Shown: positions 25,093-35,909, numbered from the stretch's first letter. The stretch: 64,000 bases of DNA from an uncultured archaeon (GCA_964447495.1 CAYUTF010000004.1:13438-77437); one strand, 5' to 3'. Translations and numbers: made by a program. Notes: generated by a model not told the origin, from the letters alone.

Positions 25093-25250
25093 GAATAACA
25101 ATAGGACTTTATTTAATAATAAATAGGACTTAAAATTATATTATTAAAAAGTTATTAATAGAATTTAAGAGATTCCATTGACTCATTAACTTTATAATAT
25201 TTAATATTTAGAAAATCATAAAAATTAATAGAGATAATTTTTTAACATTT

Positions 25251-27584
25251 ATGGTCGCAAAGGAAGCAGGTTATATCTCTCATCCCCTAATCAAGGAAAA
25301 TTTGGTATTAAGACGTGCATATCAGGAAAAAATTTTTATAAATTGTTTAAAACATAATTGTCTAGTTGTAATTCCTACTGGATTAGGAAAAACTGTCATT
25401 GCTTTAATGTTAGCAGTACAAAAACTATCAGAAAACCCTAATTCGAAAGTTATTTTTTTAGCGCCAACTAAACCATTAGTTGAGCAACATTATAACTCAT
25501 TTGTTGATTTAACAACAATCCCAATCGAAAATTTAAAATCAATAACAGGTACAACCGCACCGGAAAAGCGTAAGGAAATCTGGAAAGAGATTAAAGTAGC
25601 CTTTATGACGCCTCAAGTTCTACAAAATGATATTATATCTCAACTTTATCCAATTGATGATGTGCGTTTAATCATATTTGATGAATGCCATAGAGCAACA
25701 GGGGATTATGCTTATGGCTTTATTGCTCAAAAATACATTGAGTCTGTGAGAAATGCTCAAATATTAGGATTGACAGCAAGCCCTGGCTCTACAGAAGAAA
25801 AGATTAGCGAAATCAAAAATAATTTATATATAGACCATATAGAAATTCGTACTGAGACAGATATAGACGTAAAACCGTATATTCACCAAGTAGATAATGA
25901 ATGGATTAAAATCAAACTTCCTCTGGAATTTATTGAAATAAATCAAATTTTGAAGGAGAAATTAAAAGCAATTTATAATTGGCTAAAGGAAATTGAACTT
26001 TTAGGAACATCAGATATTAATAAAGTAACAAGGAAAGCCCTACTCTCACTTAATAGAATTATTAATAATAAAATTTCCTCGTCCTTAAATGAAAATGAAA
26101 AATTTCAATTATTTAAAGCGAAAAAATTAGTCTCTAATGCAATTAGACTCTCTCATATGGGAGAATTAATCGAGACTCAGGGGATCAACGCATTAAGTGA
26201 TTATATTCATAAGAATCAAGAAAAAATAAAAAAAAATACTGCCAATAAATCTCTAAAAGAGTTATTTAGTGATGGTGATTTTAAACGTCTCATTAATTTA
26301 AGTGACTCTACTAAAGCCAATGGGATTGTTCACCCCAAACTTGAAAAATTAAAATCCCTATTACATACGCAGATAATACAAAATGCAGAGTCAAGGATAT
26401 TAGTATTTTGCCATTTTAGAGATTCGGTTAATAATATTGTTAAGTATCTCAAAAGCGATGAGGTAATAAAGGTACATCGCTTTGTTGGACAACAATCAAA
26501 ATCTTCTGATAAAGGATTGACTCAAAAAGAACAAATACAATTATTGGAGGATTTTAAAGAAGGAATCTATAATACTCTTATTGGTACAAGTGTGGCTGAA
26601 GAGGGATTAGATATTGCTGAATGTGATTTGGTAGTGTTTTACGATGTAGTACCAAGCGCAATTCGTTCAATTCAGCGTCGAGGGCGTACAGGAAGAAGAA
26701 AAGAGGGTAAAGTGTATATCCTAATGGCGGAGGGAACAAGAGATGAGGGATATTACTGGGGAGAAAAGAGGAAAGAAAAGAATATGAAAGATTCTCTTAA
26801 AAGGATAAAGGATAAAGAGGATCCTACTAAGAAAGGACAAGCTAATCTATTGGATTTCATAAAAAAAGAAAAGAAAAATGAATCCAAATCCAAACCTAAT
26901 GTTTTGTCTATTGATAAGGAACAGATTAATGAAGCTGAGTCTCTTACAATAATATGTGATCACCGAGAAACTGCCTCCCCAGTAGTTCGTAATTTATCTA
27001 TTATTGGTGTAAAGCTCAAATTAGAGCAACTTGAAATAGGTGATTATATTATATCAGACAGGGTTGGAATTGAGAGAAAATCAGCACAAGATTTTAATGA
27101 TTCGATTAAGGATGGAAGATTATTTAAAGAACTATTTGATTTAAAGAATAATTTCGAAAGAGCCATTTTAATATTAGAGGGAGATCCTTTCCTCAATTCA
27201 AACTTAAAAGAAAATGCTCTTTATGGAGCTATAACATCAATAATATTAAATTTAGGAATCAATTTGTATAAAACTAAGGATCCCGATGAATCTGCTGAAT
27301 TTCTATATAACTTGGCAAAAAAAGAAAACTCAATTTCAAAAGGAGAGCCAAAATTAAGATTTGATAAAAAACCTATCGAAATTTCACATCTGTTAGAATA
27401 CATTGTAGCAGGTATTCCGGGTATAAATGCTCTTCGTGCTAAAAACTTGTTAAAAGAATTAAAAACGCTCCAAGAGATATTTAATGCGGATATTGGAGAT
27501 TTGTTGAAAATCGAAAATATCGGAAAAAAAATAGCTCAAGAAATTTATAAAATTAGTAGATATAAATATAAAGAAGATTCATAA
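25251..27584 (+). CDS. hef: Hef (helicase-associated endonuclease for forked DNA; FANCM/XPF-type): SF2 helicase + ERCC4 nuclease + HhH2
   Basis: Helicase motifs PTGLGKT, FDECHRA, TASPG and QRRGRTGR. ERCC4 nuclease core DHRE...GDYIISDRVGIERKSAQDF. C-terminal HhH (IPGINALRAKNLL...IENIGKKIAQ). Confidence 0.85.
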   Translation: MVAKEAGYISHPLIKENLVLRRAYQEKIFINCLKHNCLVVIPTGLGKTVIALMLAVQKLSENPNSKVIFLAPTKPLVEQHYNSFVDLTTIPIENLKSITGTTAPEKRKEIWKEIKVAFMTPQVLQNDIISQLYPIDDVRLIIFDECHRATGDYAYGFIAQKYIESVRNAQILGLTASPGSTEEKISEIKNNLYIDHIEIRTETDIDVKPYIHQVDNEWIKIKLPLEFIEINQILKEKLKAIYNWLKEIELLGTSDINKVTRKALLSLNRIINNKISSSLNENEKFQLFKAKKLVSNAIRLSHMGELIETQGINALSDYIHKNQEKIKKNTANKSLKELFSDGDFKRLINLSDSTKANGIVHPKLEKLKSLLHTQIIQNAESRILVFCHFRDSVNNIVKYLKSDEVIKVHRFVGQQSKSSDKGLTQKEQIQLLEDFKEGIYNTLIGTSVAEEGLDIAECDLVVFYDVVPSAIRSIQRRGRTGRRKEGKVYILMAEGTRDEGYYWGEKRKEKNMKDSLKRIKDKEDPTKKGQANLLDFIKKEKKNESKSKPNVLSIDKEQINEAESLTIICDHRETASPVVRNLSIIGVKLKLEQLEIGDYIISDRVGIERKSAQDFNDSIKDGRLFKELFDLKNNFERAILILEGDPFLNSNLKENALYGAITSIILNLGINLYKTKDPDESAEFLYNLAKKENSISKGEPKLRFDKKPIEISHLLEYIVAGIPGINALRAKNLLKELKTLQEIFNADIGDLLKIENIGKKIAQEIYKISRYKYKEDS

Positions 27585-27701
27585 TTATTATTCAATTAAA
27601 AATCATAAATTATATTTTTATTGGTAAATCTGATATTATATAATAGCAAATATTTTTAAAATTAATTTAAAAATTATGCTAAAATTACGATTTTATAATA
27701 A

Positions 27702-28304
27702 TTGGTGGTAAATATAATCAAATTCAAAGTCGTGGTTGCCGGAGCAAAAAATGTAGGCAAAACATCCTTAATTAGGCGCTACGCAACAGGGAAGTTTGAT
27801 AAGTCGACTCTATCAACGATAGGAGTAGATTTCGAGACTAAAAAGGTCGTTGTAGATGATACAGAAGTATTACTTAACATTTGGGATTTTGCTGGAGAAC
27901 GTAAATTCCGTTTGCTATTACCTTCCTATGTTTCAGGTGCTTCAGGGGCATTGATACTATACGACATAACTAACAAAGATTCATTGGAAGATCTTCATAA
28001 TTGGATGAATGTTATCTCTTCAGTACCTAATAGTCCTAAAACCAAAATATTAATTGAGGCAAAAATCGATTTAGAAGATCAAAGAGAAATTACGGCTGAA
28101 CAAGGTAAAGAAGTTTATAATATGTATGACTTCAAGGGTGAAATCATAGGAACTTCATCAAAAACAGGAGAAAATGTCGAGAAAGTTTTTGAAATGCTCG
28201 GAAGAGAAATTCTTAATAATTCATTAAAGAAATGTTCCAACTGTGGGAAACATTATCCTCTTGAATTAAAATTCTGCCAATTTTGTGGAAATCGTACTAA
28301 ATAA
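27702..28304 (+). CDS. Rab-like small GTPase with C-terminal zinc ribbon
   Basis: G1 GAKNVGKT, switch I/RabF1-like STIGVDF, G3 WDFAGER, ILYDITN, G4-like EAKIDL and G5 TSSKTG. C-terminal CSNCGKH...CQFCGNR. TTG or GTG start. Confidence 0.85.
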   Translation: MVVNIIKFKVVVAGAKNVGKTSLIRRYATGKFDKSTLSTIGVDFETKKVVVDDTEVLLNIWDFAGERKFRLLLPSYVSGASGALILYDITNKDSLEDLHNWMNVISSVPNSPKTKILIEAKIDLEDQREITAEQGKEVYNMYDFKGEIIGTSSKTGENVEKVFEMLGREILNNSLKKCSNCGKHYPLELKFCQFCGNRTK

Positions 28305-28451
28305 TTTGATAACATTTTCATTTCTTTCTTAATTCTTCAACCTTGCTCTTATATTATGATTCATTTCTTTAAAATACAAAAATCTTAAAGAAAATACTAA
28401 ATTAAAATTAAATTAAAGTTAAATTTTATTTTTACGTGAAGGTTTTTTAAA

Positions 28452-29519
28452 TTGAATTATGATATTAACCAAGATATAAAGGAAATTTCTAATCGTTTAT
28501 CTAAAGATGGAATAACGTTTAAAGATAAAACAATTCTTGTTTCTGGTGGAGCCGGGTTCTTAGGGTCATGGGTGTGTGACGTTTTAGTAAGTCAAGGTGC
28601 TGAAGTTATTTGTTTAGATAATCTCTCCTCTGGAAGAGCAGTTAATATTTCACATTTAATGAATAAAGACAATTTTCGATTTATTAATCATGACATCTCA
28701 AAACCAATATATTTTGGTTTTAGTTATCATCCAAATGGAATTTCTATCGGAGATATTAAAAAAATAGATTTTGTTATGCATATGGCAAGTAGAGCATCTC
28801 CATTTGAGTTTGAAAGATACCCAATTTCAATCTTAAAAAGTAATACATTCGGAACTATGAATATGTTAGGAATAGCAAAGACACATAGTGCTGTATTTTT
28901 TTATACTAGCACATCAGAAACGTATGGTAATCCCCCAGATGACGCAATTCCAACCCCAGAAATATACTTTGGAAATGTAAACCCCACAGGACCAAGAAGT
29001 TGTTATGATGAATCAAAAAGAGCGGGTGAAGCTTTTGTAAAAGCTTATGAACTCGAACATGATATAAAAGCTAAAATAGTTAGAATTTTTAATACATCAG
29101 GCCCGAGAATACGGCATGGACCTCATTTTGGAAGAGTTGTGCCAAATTTCATCCATCAAGCATTAAATAATGAAGATATTACTATTTTTGGTGATGGGTC
29201 ACAAACTCGATCTTTTATTTATATTGTAGATGAAATTGAAGGGATTTTAAAAATCGTATATAAGGATGAAGCAACTGGTGAAGTTATTAATTTAGGAAAT
29301 AACATTGAATACACTATTATAGAATTAGCCAAAATCATAATAAAGTTAACAGAGTCTAATTCAAAGATGATATTTAAACCGTTACCTGTTGATGATCCTA
29401 TAAGAAGATGTCCAGATATCTCAAAAGCAAAAAGATTATTGAATTGGGAACCTACTACTCCTTTAGAGGAAGGTCTAAGAAAAACTATTGCTTGGTTTAA
29501 AGAATATGAAGGGAAATAA
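28452..29519 (+). CDS. UDP-glucuronate decarboxylase (UXS-type NAD-dependent epimerase/dehydratase)
   Basis: GGAGFLGSW Rossmann motif, LDNLSSGR, TSETYGNP, GPRSCYDESKR, RIFNTSGPR, GDGSQTRSF and DDPIRRCPDISKAK. This matches UXS along its whole length. Confidence 0.85.
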   Translation: MNYDINQDIKEISNRLSKDGITFKDKTILVSGGAGFLGSWVCDVLVSQGAEVICLDNLSSGRAVNISHLMNKDNFRFINHDISKPIYFGFSYHPNGISIGDIKKIDFVMHMASRASPFEFERYPISILKSNTFGTMNMLGIAKTHSAVFFYTSTSETYGNPPDDAIPTPEIYFGNVNPTGPRSCYDESKRAGEAFVKAYELEHDIKAKIVRIFNTSGPRIRHGPHFGRVVPNFIHQALNNEDITIFGDGSQTRSFIYIVDEIEGILKIVYKDEATGEVINLGNNIEYTIIELAKIIIKLTESNSKMIFKPLPVDDPIRRCPDISKAKRLLNWEPTTPLEEGLRKTIAWFKEYEGK

Positions 29520-30027
29520 TCACATATCAGAAAGTAAAGAAATACGGGAAAACCGTAAAATATTTGAAAAACTCGTCAAAATTTCTTTATTAATAGGGAT
29601 ATGTGTAGTTTCAGGGTTTATCATTTATTATGCATTGACTCCCGAACCGGGATATGTTTATTTTGCTGTATTGGAGGATGGTGAAGAATTAGAAAATTAC
29701 ACAAAAGTAGCAAAAGTAGGAGAACCTATCAATTTTTCTGTTATTGTAGGTAATTATTTGAATCATGATTATAGATTTCGAGTAAAAATATTGAAAGGAA
29801 ATAATAACACAATTTTATACCCAGGCCCTTCAAATGGGACATTATATCGCACATTGGAGAACACAACACTAGCTCATAATACAGTTTGGGTTTCTGATAT
29901 TGTGAACGTGACTTTTAGTCAAACTGGTTCAAATCAGTTAATAATTATTGAGTTATGGAATATAAAATCTGAAGTTGAATATTTTTTTAATATTCTCTTA
30001 CTCAAGTTAAATATCACTCTTAGCTAA
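29488..30027 (+). CDS. Membrane-anchored hypothetical protein (one N-terminal TM helix, beta-rich ectodomain)
   Basis: Hydrophobic segment ISLLIGICVVSGFIIYYAL followed by beta-strand-like sequence. Overlaps the UXS stop. The ATG at 29506 is an equally plausible start. Confidence 0.45.
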   Translation: MLGLKNMKGNNHISESKEIRENRKIFEKLVKISLLIGICVVSGFIIYYALTPEPGYVYFAVLEDGEELENYTKVAKVGEPINFSVIVGNYLNHDYRFRVKILKGNNNTILYPGPSNGTLYRTLENTTLAHNTVWVSDIVNVTFSQTGSNQLIIIELWNIKSEVEYFFNILLLKLNITLS

Positions 30028-31393
30028 CACTACCAATGATCTGAACCTCACTTATTTTTACATACGGTGCTTGAAGTGAGCCGTATATCTTAAATTCTTT
30101 AGAAATCGCTTCAATTTTTTTAAATAAATCTAAAAGATTTACTGCCAACATTGTTTCATTGAGTGGTTCTTTCATTTCTCCATTTTTTATGACATTTCCT
30201 TGTAAAATTAATCCAGAAAAATCTCCTGTTGTTAAGTTTGGTCTATCACCAGTATAATTTAGAAGAATTCCTTCTTTTGTATCATTAAAAAGTTCATCCT
30301 TACTAATATTCCCTGGTTTTAAGAGAAAATTAGAAATTCCAATTTTGGGAATAGAGCTATATGAGGATCGAGCAGCATTACCAGTACTTTCAACTCCTTC
30401 TTTACTAGCAGTATAAAAATTATGAAGTAATCCCTGTTTCTGAAAAACACCATTTATTATAATTTGTTTATTGCGACAAGGAATACCTTCTGCATCGAAT
30501 ATTGATGATCCTACAGCTCCATCATAGAGAGCATTATCATCAATATTGAGTTTTTCTGTACCTATAGTTTCTCCACGTAAACCAACAAGAAAACTCCTGT
30601 TATATTGGAAAGATTCCGCATTTATCGCTGCAGCTAATGGCTTTAATATAATATTAATTGTCCCTTGAGGTGTTAGAATCAAGGGTACTTTCATTTTTTT
30701 AATCTTTTTCCTATTTAAATTTACCTTTGCATTGTTAAGAGCTATTTTAGCCACATTTATTGCATCAATATTCTTTAACTCTCTTTCAGTTTGATATTCA
30801 AATCCAAATGAAGTATCATTAGTTATTTTGTCCTTTACAATCATATTTGAGGATATTGAGCATAAAGATTCTTTGGAATAAGCTTCTAATCCATTAGAAT
30901 TGAATATAAATGTTTTTGAAAAACTCACTGAAAAATTTCCAGATTGTGATATTGCCATATCATCGTTGTTGCATATGCTAATTATGTCATTTATATAGTT
31001 TGTAGTATCTTCTATTGTTAAGTTTCTTATTTTCTTATCATAGAGTAAATTAACTTTAGGATATGTACTAGGAGGTGGAATATCCTTAAACTCAGGATCA
31101 GGTGTTCCAGAGCTCATCATTTTTAAAGCATTATCAATGATTTTTCGAATGATTTTTTTTTCTATTCTATTAGCAAAAGAAAAACCTAAAGCCCCACGAT
31201 TATCAAAAACTCTTACAGAAAATCCATTATCAAATCCAATTTCATTATTTTTTATTGAATTCTCTTCAATTTCAACACTAATATCTTTATTTAAAGAAAA
31301 ATAAATTTCTATGCCCTTGAGTTTAGAATCAGTCTTATTTGCATAATTCAATCCAAATCTTGCTAAACTATAGATATCAGGTTTGGTCTCCAT
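30020..31393 (-). CDS. pmbA: PmbA/TldE-type subunit of the TldD/PmbA metalloprotease
   Basis: Length, position directly downstream of tldD and family-typical C-terminal beta-rich region. Lacks the HExxxH motif, as PmbA does. Confidence 0.8.
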   Translation of the reverse strand: METKPDIYSLARFGLNYANKTDSKLKGIEIYFSLNKDISVEIEENSIKNNEIGFDNGFSVRVFDNRGALGFSFANRIEKKIIRKIIDNALKMMSSGTPDPEFKDIPPPSTYPKVNLLYDKKIRNLTIEDTTNYINDIISICNNDDMAISQSGNFSVSFSKTFIFNSNGLEAYSKESLCSISSNMIVKDKITNDTSFGFEYQTERELKNIDAINVAKIALNNAKVNLNRKKIKKMKVPLILTPQGTINIILKPLAAAINAESFQYNRSFLVGLRGETIGTEKLNIDDNALYDGAVGSSIFDAEGIPCRNKQIIINGVFQKQGLLHNFYTASKEGVESTGNAARSSYSSIPKIGISNFLLKPGNISKDELFNDTKEGILLNYTGDRPNLTTGDFSGLILQGNVIKNGEMKEPLNETMLAVNLLDLFKKIEAISKEFKIYGSLQAPYVKISEVQIIGSVS

Positions 31394-32845
31394 TTAATTT
31401 AGACCTCCAAGAGTTAATTGTTCGATTCTAATATAGGGTCCACCATCACAAACTCTTAATCCCTGACCCCCTTTACCACAAACACCATCAGAATAGCTAA
31501 AAGTATCAACATTACCGATAGCAGAAATTTTATTTAAGACTTCCAAAGTCATACCAGAAAGCGCTACATCTCTTAAAATTTCCTTTTTTTCCCCATTCTC
31601 GATTTTATAAGATAACTTGCATTTGAATTGAAAGTTTCCAGTAGTAGGATCGGTATAACCATATTGAAAATCCTCGCATAAGACGCCTAGTTTTGTATCT
31701 TTAATCATCTCGTCCAGAGTCCAATCTTTAGGTTCAAGATATGTAAAACCCATCCTAACTTGAGGTTTTGAAACATTAGAGTTGGCTCTGCCATGACCAT
31801 TAGGAGCTTCATTCATCCGTGAAGAGGTTTCTAAGTTATGTAAAAAATTTTTTAGAACACCATGCTCAATTAATTTTGTTTTTTGTGATTTTATGCCTTC
31901 TTCATCGAAGGGATAACTTCCGTATAATTCATAATTTAAATCAAATTTCTTACCTTGACCCATTGTTGGATCATCAATAATATTTATCTCATCTATAGCA
32001 ACTTTTTGACCAATTTTACCTTCTAGTATACTTTCTTTATTTAATATTAAATCTGCTTCACATGCGTGCCCAAATGCCTCATGAATAAAAGTACCTGTTA
32101 ATTTTGGATCCATTATTACAGTAAATTTACCTCCAACGGGTGATTTTGCGGATAACAATTCAATTGCTTGCTTAGCGGATTTCAAACTTATATTTTGAGC
32201 AGTTTCATTTTCTAATATCTCAAAGCCCCCTATCCCACCAACAGAATTTAATCCATTTTGAGTGATACCATTTTCATTTGCATATACAGAAGAAAATAAT
32301 CGTAACATCTCATATTCTTGATTTAGAAAACTACCAAATGAATCTATAAAAAGGGAGTGGATATATCTGTCTAAATATACAGTTCGGGTATTTTTTACTT
32401 GGCTAGAAAAGTTGGAAGCGATTTTCTCATGCTCTTTTACAATAGCTATTTTTTGGTCAATTTCTGTATCTTTAATGGCTTTTTTACTTGAAATTTTGAC
32501 GTTTTTATTTATAGGTTTTCTATCTTGTATTTTAAATTTAGTTTTTGATAACTTTTCTGATTGAATAGCTAACTTAATCGCTGTTAAAAAGCCCTCGAGT
32601 ATTGATGACTTATTAATATCATTTAAGGTATAAAAACCCCAACCTCCATTTAGAAAACTACGAATTCCACAATTAAATATTTCATAAGAACTAACTTCTT
32701 TACTTCTTTGATTTGTAAAATCTAAATTTGTTCCTAAATTCAATCCTGCCCTAATATCCCAGTAATCTATCTTATTATAAGATATTTGGTTCAATTTTTT
32801 GATGAGATTATCGTCGAAAACCTTTAGTTCCTCAATTAACTCCAT
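31394..32845 (-). CDS. tldD: TldD metalloprotease
   Basis: HEAFGHACEAD zinc motif and conserved C-terminus GGQGLRVCDGGPYIRI. Stop/start abuts pmbA. Confidence 0.85.
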   Translation of the reverse strand: MELIEELKVFDDNLIKKLNQISYNKIDYWDIRAGLNLGTNLDFTNQRSKEVSSYEIFNCGIRSFLNGGWGFYTLNDINKSSILEGFLTAIKLAIQSEKLSKTKFKIQDRKPINKNVKISSKKAIKDTEIDQKIAIVKEHEKIASNFSSQVKNTRTVYLDRYIHSLFIDSFGSFLNQEYEMLRLFSSVYANENGITQNGLNSVGGIGGFEILENETAQNISLKSAKQAIELLSAKSPVGGKFTVIMDPKLTGTFIHEAFGHACEADLILNKESILEGKIGQKVAIDEINIIDDPTMGQGKKFDLNYELYGSYPFDEEGIKSQKTKLIEHGVLKNFLHNLETSSRMNEAPNGHGRANSNVSKPQVRMGFTYLEPKDWTLDEMIKDTKLGVLCEDFQYGYTDPTTGNFQFKCKLSYKIENGEKKEILRDVALSGMTLEVLNKISAIGNVDTFSYSDGVCGKGGQGLRVCDGGPYIRIEQLTLGGLN

Positions 32846-32949
32846 AAATGTTAACCAAAAAATAAGTTATTCCAAATTTAAGCCATATAATATATAACTA
32901 ATATATTATAGAAAAGACAAGGATGTAAGCTTAATTAATTTTTATATTT

Positions 32950-33180
32950 CTATTTATTTAAAAAATGAGAGAGCTTTTCTTTTTGAGTTCCTTCTTTCAA
33001 TTGTTTAATTATTGTGATTGCTGTGTTAATAGTGCAAGTTTTTGAGAATTTAATCGAATTTTTAAATTGAAAAGAATGATTGCATCTCCAACATTTTTTT
33101 GATTTGATTCTTTTATTAGAATAATACCAGGCGCCACAGTGGTAACACCTATAAAAAAAAAATTGTTGTGAATAAGGCAT
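32950..33180 (-). CDS. Small zinc-ribbon protein (76 aa)
   Basis: CYHCGAWY...n...CWRCNHSF four-Cys ribbon followed by a helical tail. The overlapping ORF 33009-33191 in another frame looks spurious. Confidence 0.45.
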   Translation of the reverse strand: MPYSQQFFFYRCYHCGAWYYSNKRIKSKKCWRCNHSFQFKNSIKFSKTCTINTAITIIKQLKEGTQKEKLSHFLNK

Positions 33181-33357
33181 CTTATTATCATCCTATTTCT
33201 GATTGCTTTTAATTGCTCTCAGCAATATGAATTACTAATTTATTAATAAAAATCTACTTATTTTTAGATTAAAATAATTCTTAACTAAAATTTAAGAAAA
33301 TAATAATAGGGAATAAAAAATTATTTTAATTAAGAGATTTAAAATTATATACTTATT

Positions 33358-34716
33358 ATGACACATAAGTTTGTAAATCCAATAGAAACACGCTATAGAA
33401 CTGAAATTGCTGCGTTGTTTACTGAAGAAAGAAAGCTTGAAAATTGGTTAAAAGTTGAAGCGGTATTAGCTAAAGTCCATGCCCAATTAGGCAATATCCC
33501 TCAAGATGCGGCTCTTGAAATCAATAAAAAAGCTAATCTAACTTATGTTAAGCTCGATCGGGTTAAAGAAATAGACAAAGAGATTCATCATGATTTAATG
33601 GCCATGGTAAAAGCTCTAACGGAACAATGTAAAGGAGATGCGGGCAAATATATTCATTTAGGCGCGACCAGCTATGATATAGAAGATACCGCTTTTGCAC
33701 TACAACTAAGAGAAGCGTTGCTATATACACAAGATTCTCTAAAGAGTTTATTAAAGGAACTAATTAATATCGTAGAAATGAAGAAAAACTTAGTTTGTAT
33801 AGGCAGAACTCATGGTCAACATGCAATTCCTACTACCTATGGCATGAGGTTCGGAGTTTGGGCTTATGAAATTGATAGACATCTTGATAGATTAGAGCAA
33901 GTACTCCAGCGTATTTCTTATGGAAAGATGTCAGGAGCAGTTGGAACTATGGCAAGTTTTACGGAGAAAGGTTTTCAAATCCAAGAGAATCTAATGAAGG
34001 AACTTAATTTAAATACATTATTAATTTCAAATCAAATTATCCAAAGAGATCGGCATGCTGAAGTTATTTTTTTAACTGTTTTAATTTCTCAAACTTTAGC
34101 TAAGATTGCGAGACAATTTAGAATTTTACAACGAAATGAAATTGCAGAGATGTTTGAACCCTTCAAAGAAAGTCAAGTTGGAAGTTCCACAATGCCCCAT
34201 AAGAGAAACCCACATAAATCTGAAAGAATTTGTAGTCTAGCTCGTTTAATCAAATCAAATATTATTCCCGCATTGGATAATATTATTTTAGAAGATGAGA
34301 GGGATCTTACCAATTCTGCAAATGAGAGAATTATTTTTGCTGAAAATTTCATACTTTTAGACTATATAATTAAAGAATTGATTTTTAACCTGCAAAATAT
34401 TGTTTTTGATGAGAGAAAAATTGAAAATAATTTAAATCTCACGAAAGGCGCATGCTTAGCTGAGAAAGTTATGGTCAGTTTAGTTAATAAAGGAATAGGA
34501 AGACAAGAAAGCCATGAGATTCTTAGAAAAGCCGTAATTAAAGCAAAAAATGAAAATTTATTGATTAAAGATATTTTGGCTCAAGATAAGTTAATATCAA
34601 GTAAATTTACATTAGAGGAATTGGATAATTTATTGAATCCACATATTTATATTGGAGAAGCAAAAACATTAACTGAGAATCTTGTAAAATATATTAAAAA
34701 GAAATATCAATTTTAA
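33358..34716 (+). CDS. purB: Adenylosuccinate lyase
   Basis: Fumarate-lyase signature GSSTMPHKRNP, plus the TSYDIEDTA and GRTHGQHA motifs. Confidence 0.9.
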   Translation: MTHKFVNPIETRYRTEIAALFTEERKLENWLKVEAVLAKVHAQLGNIPQDAALEINKKANLTYVKLDRVKEIDKEIHHDLMAMVKALTEQCKGDAGKYIHLGATSYDIEDTAFALQLREALLYTQDSLKSLLKELINIVEMKKNLVCIGRTHGQHAIPTTYGMRFGVWAYEIDRHLDRLEQVLQRISYGKMSGAVGTMASFTEKGFQIQENLMKELNLNTLLISNQIIQRDRHAEVIFLTVLISQTLAKIARQFRILQRNEIAEMFEPFKESQVGSSTMPHKRNPHKSERICSLARLIKSNIIPALDNIILEDERDLTNSANERIIFAENFILLDYIIKELIFNLQNIVFDERKIENNLNLTKGACLAEKVMVSLVNKGIGRQESHEILRKAVIKAKNENLLIKDILAQDKLISSKFTLEELDNLLNPHIYIGEAKTLTENLVKYIKKKYQF

Positions 34717-34718
34717 TC

Positions 34719-35909
34719 ATGACTGATAATCTAGATATTTACTCAAAACTAGGAGTATCTTCAAAAAAGGATGATGTTCATAAAGCAATTAATGCACTTG
34801 ATAAAGGTATATTCCCAGGCGCTTTTTGTAAAATCGTAAATGATGTTGAGAATCGTAATTCTCATTGCTCAATATTTCATTCTGATGGTGCGGGAACAAA
34901 AGCAAGTTTAGCCTATATGTATTTCAGAGAAACCAATGACATTGAAATTTTTAGGGGAATAGTAAAGGATGCTGTAGTTATGAATATTGATGATATCTTA
35001 TGTGTAGGAGCTACTGGTAATTATTTTATATCAAATAATATAGGAAGAAATAGTAAATTTATAACTGGAAATATAATATCCGTTATTATTGATGAGTATG
35101 ATAAATTCAGTAAAAAATTATCGAATTTAGGGTTAAGTACTATATTATGTGGGGGAGAGACTGCTGATGTGGGTGATATTGTAAAAACAATTCTTGTAGA
35201 TGCTTCTGCTTTTACCACTATGAAAAGAAAGGACGTTATTAATACTGTAAATATTAAAAAAGGAGACGTGATAGTTGGTTTAGCAAGTTCTGGAAAAGCA
35301 ATATATGAAGATGAATTTAACAGCGGAATAGGAAGCAATGGATTGACATTAGCTCGGCATGGTGTTCTATCACATGACTATTATCAGAAATATCCTGAGT
35401 GTTACGACCAAAATCTTGATGAGAAGTTTCTTTTTTTTGGTAATTATAAGTTAACTGATTTTGTTAAGGAATTAAGTTTAACTACTGGAAAGGCGCTTTT
35501 ATCTCCAACTAGAACCTATGCCCCTATTGTTCTAGAAGTATTAAAAAACTATAGAGCGTCTATTCATGGCATTATACATAATACTGGTGGAGGTCAGACG
35601 AAGGATTTGAATTATGGCCGAGGGATAAAATATGTCAAAGATAATTTCTTCAAAATTCCAAGAATATTTGAAATTATTCAGAGATCTTCTGAAACTAGCT
35701 GGAAAGAAATGTATCAAGTTTTTAATATGGGACATAGAATGGAATTCTTTACAAATGAAGAAATTGCAAAGGAAATAATAAAAATTGCAAATAAGTTCAA
35801 TGTGGAGTCTAAGATTATAGGTTATTGTGATAATTCTCCTTCTGATTCAGAGAATCATCTTGTTATTAATTCTGAATTTGGTTCATTCAATTATAGTAGA
35901 CATATATAA
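34719..35909 (+). CDS. AIR synthase-related protein (PurM-like, long form)
   Basis: HSDGAGTKASLAY, VVMNIDDILCVGA and GGETAD motifs of the PurM/AIR-synthase superfamily. Starts 2 nt after purB. Confidence 0.55.
   Translation: MTDNLDIYSKLGVSSKKDDVHKAINALDKGIFPGAFCKIVNDVENRNSHCSIFHSDGAGTKASLAYMYFRETNDIEIFRGIVKDAVVMNIDDILCVGATGNYFISNNIGRNSKFITGNIISVIIDEYDKFSKKLSNLGLSTILCGGETADVGDIVKTILVDASAFTTMKRKDVINTVNIKKGDVIVGLASSGKAIYEDEFNSGIGSNGLTLARHGVLSHDYYQKYPECYDQNLDEKFLFFGNYKLTDFVKELSLTTGKALLSPTRTYAPIVLEVLKNYRASIHGIIHNTGGGQTKDLNYGRGIKYVKDNFFKIPRIFEIIQRSSETSWKEMYQVFNMGHRMEFFTNEEIAKEIIKIANKFNVESKIIGYCDNSPSDSENHLVINSEFGSFNYSRHI

Noticed and set aside
25093-25140. 10-nt direct repeat AATAGGACTT (25100-25109 and 25122-25131) just upstream of tRNA-Val, considered as an att-site or integration scar.
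   Set aside because: No integrase or foreign-looking genes flank the tRNA. The repeats bracket an AT-rich TATA-like tract at the expected promoter distance, so they are more simply promoter-proximal sequence or chance in AT-rich DNA.
33009-33191. 60-aa ORF overlapping the small zinc-ribbon gene in another frame.
   Set aside because: The 32950-33180 frame has a clean four-cysteine ribbon, whereas this frame has no features.
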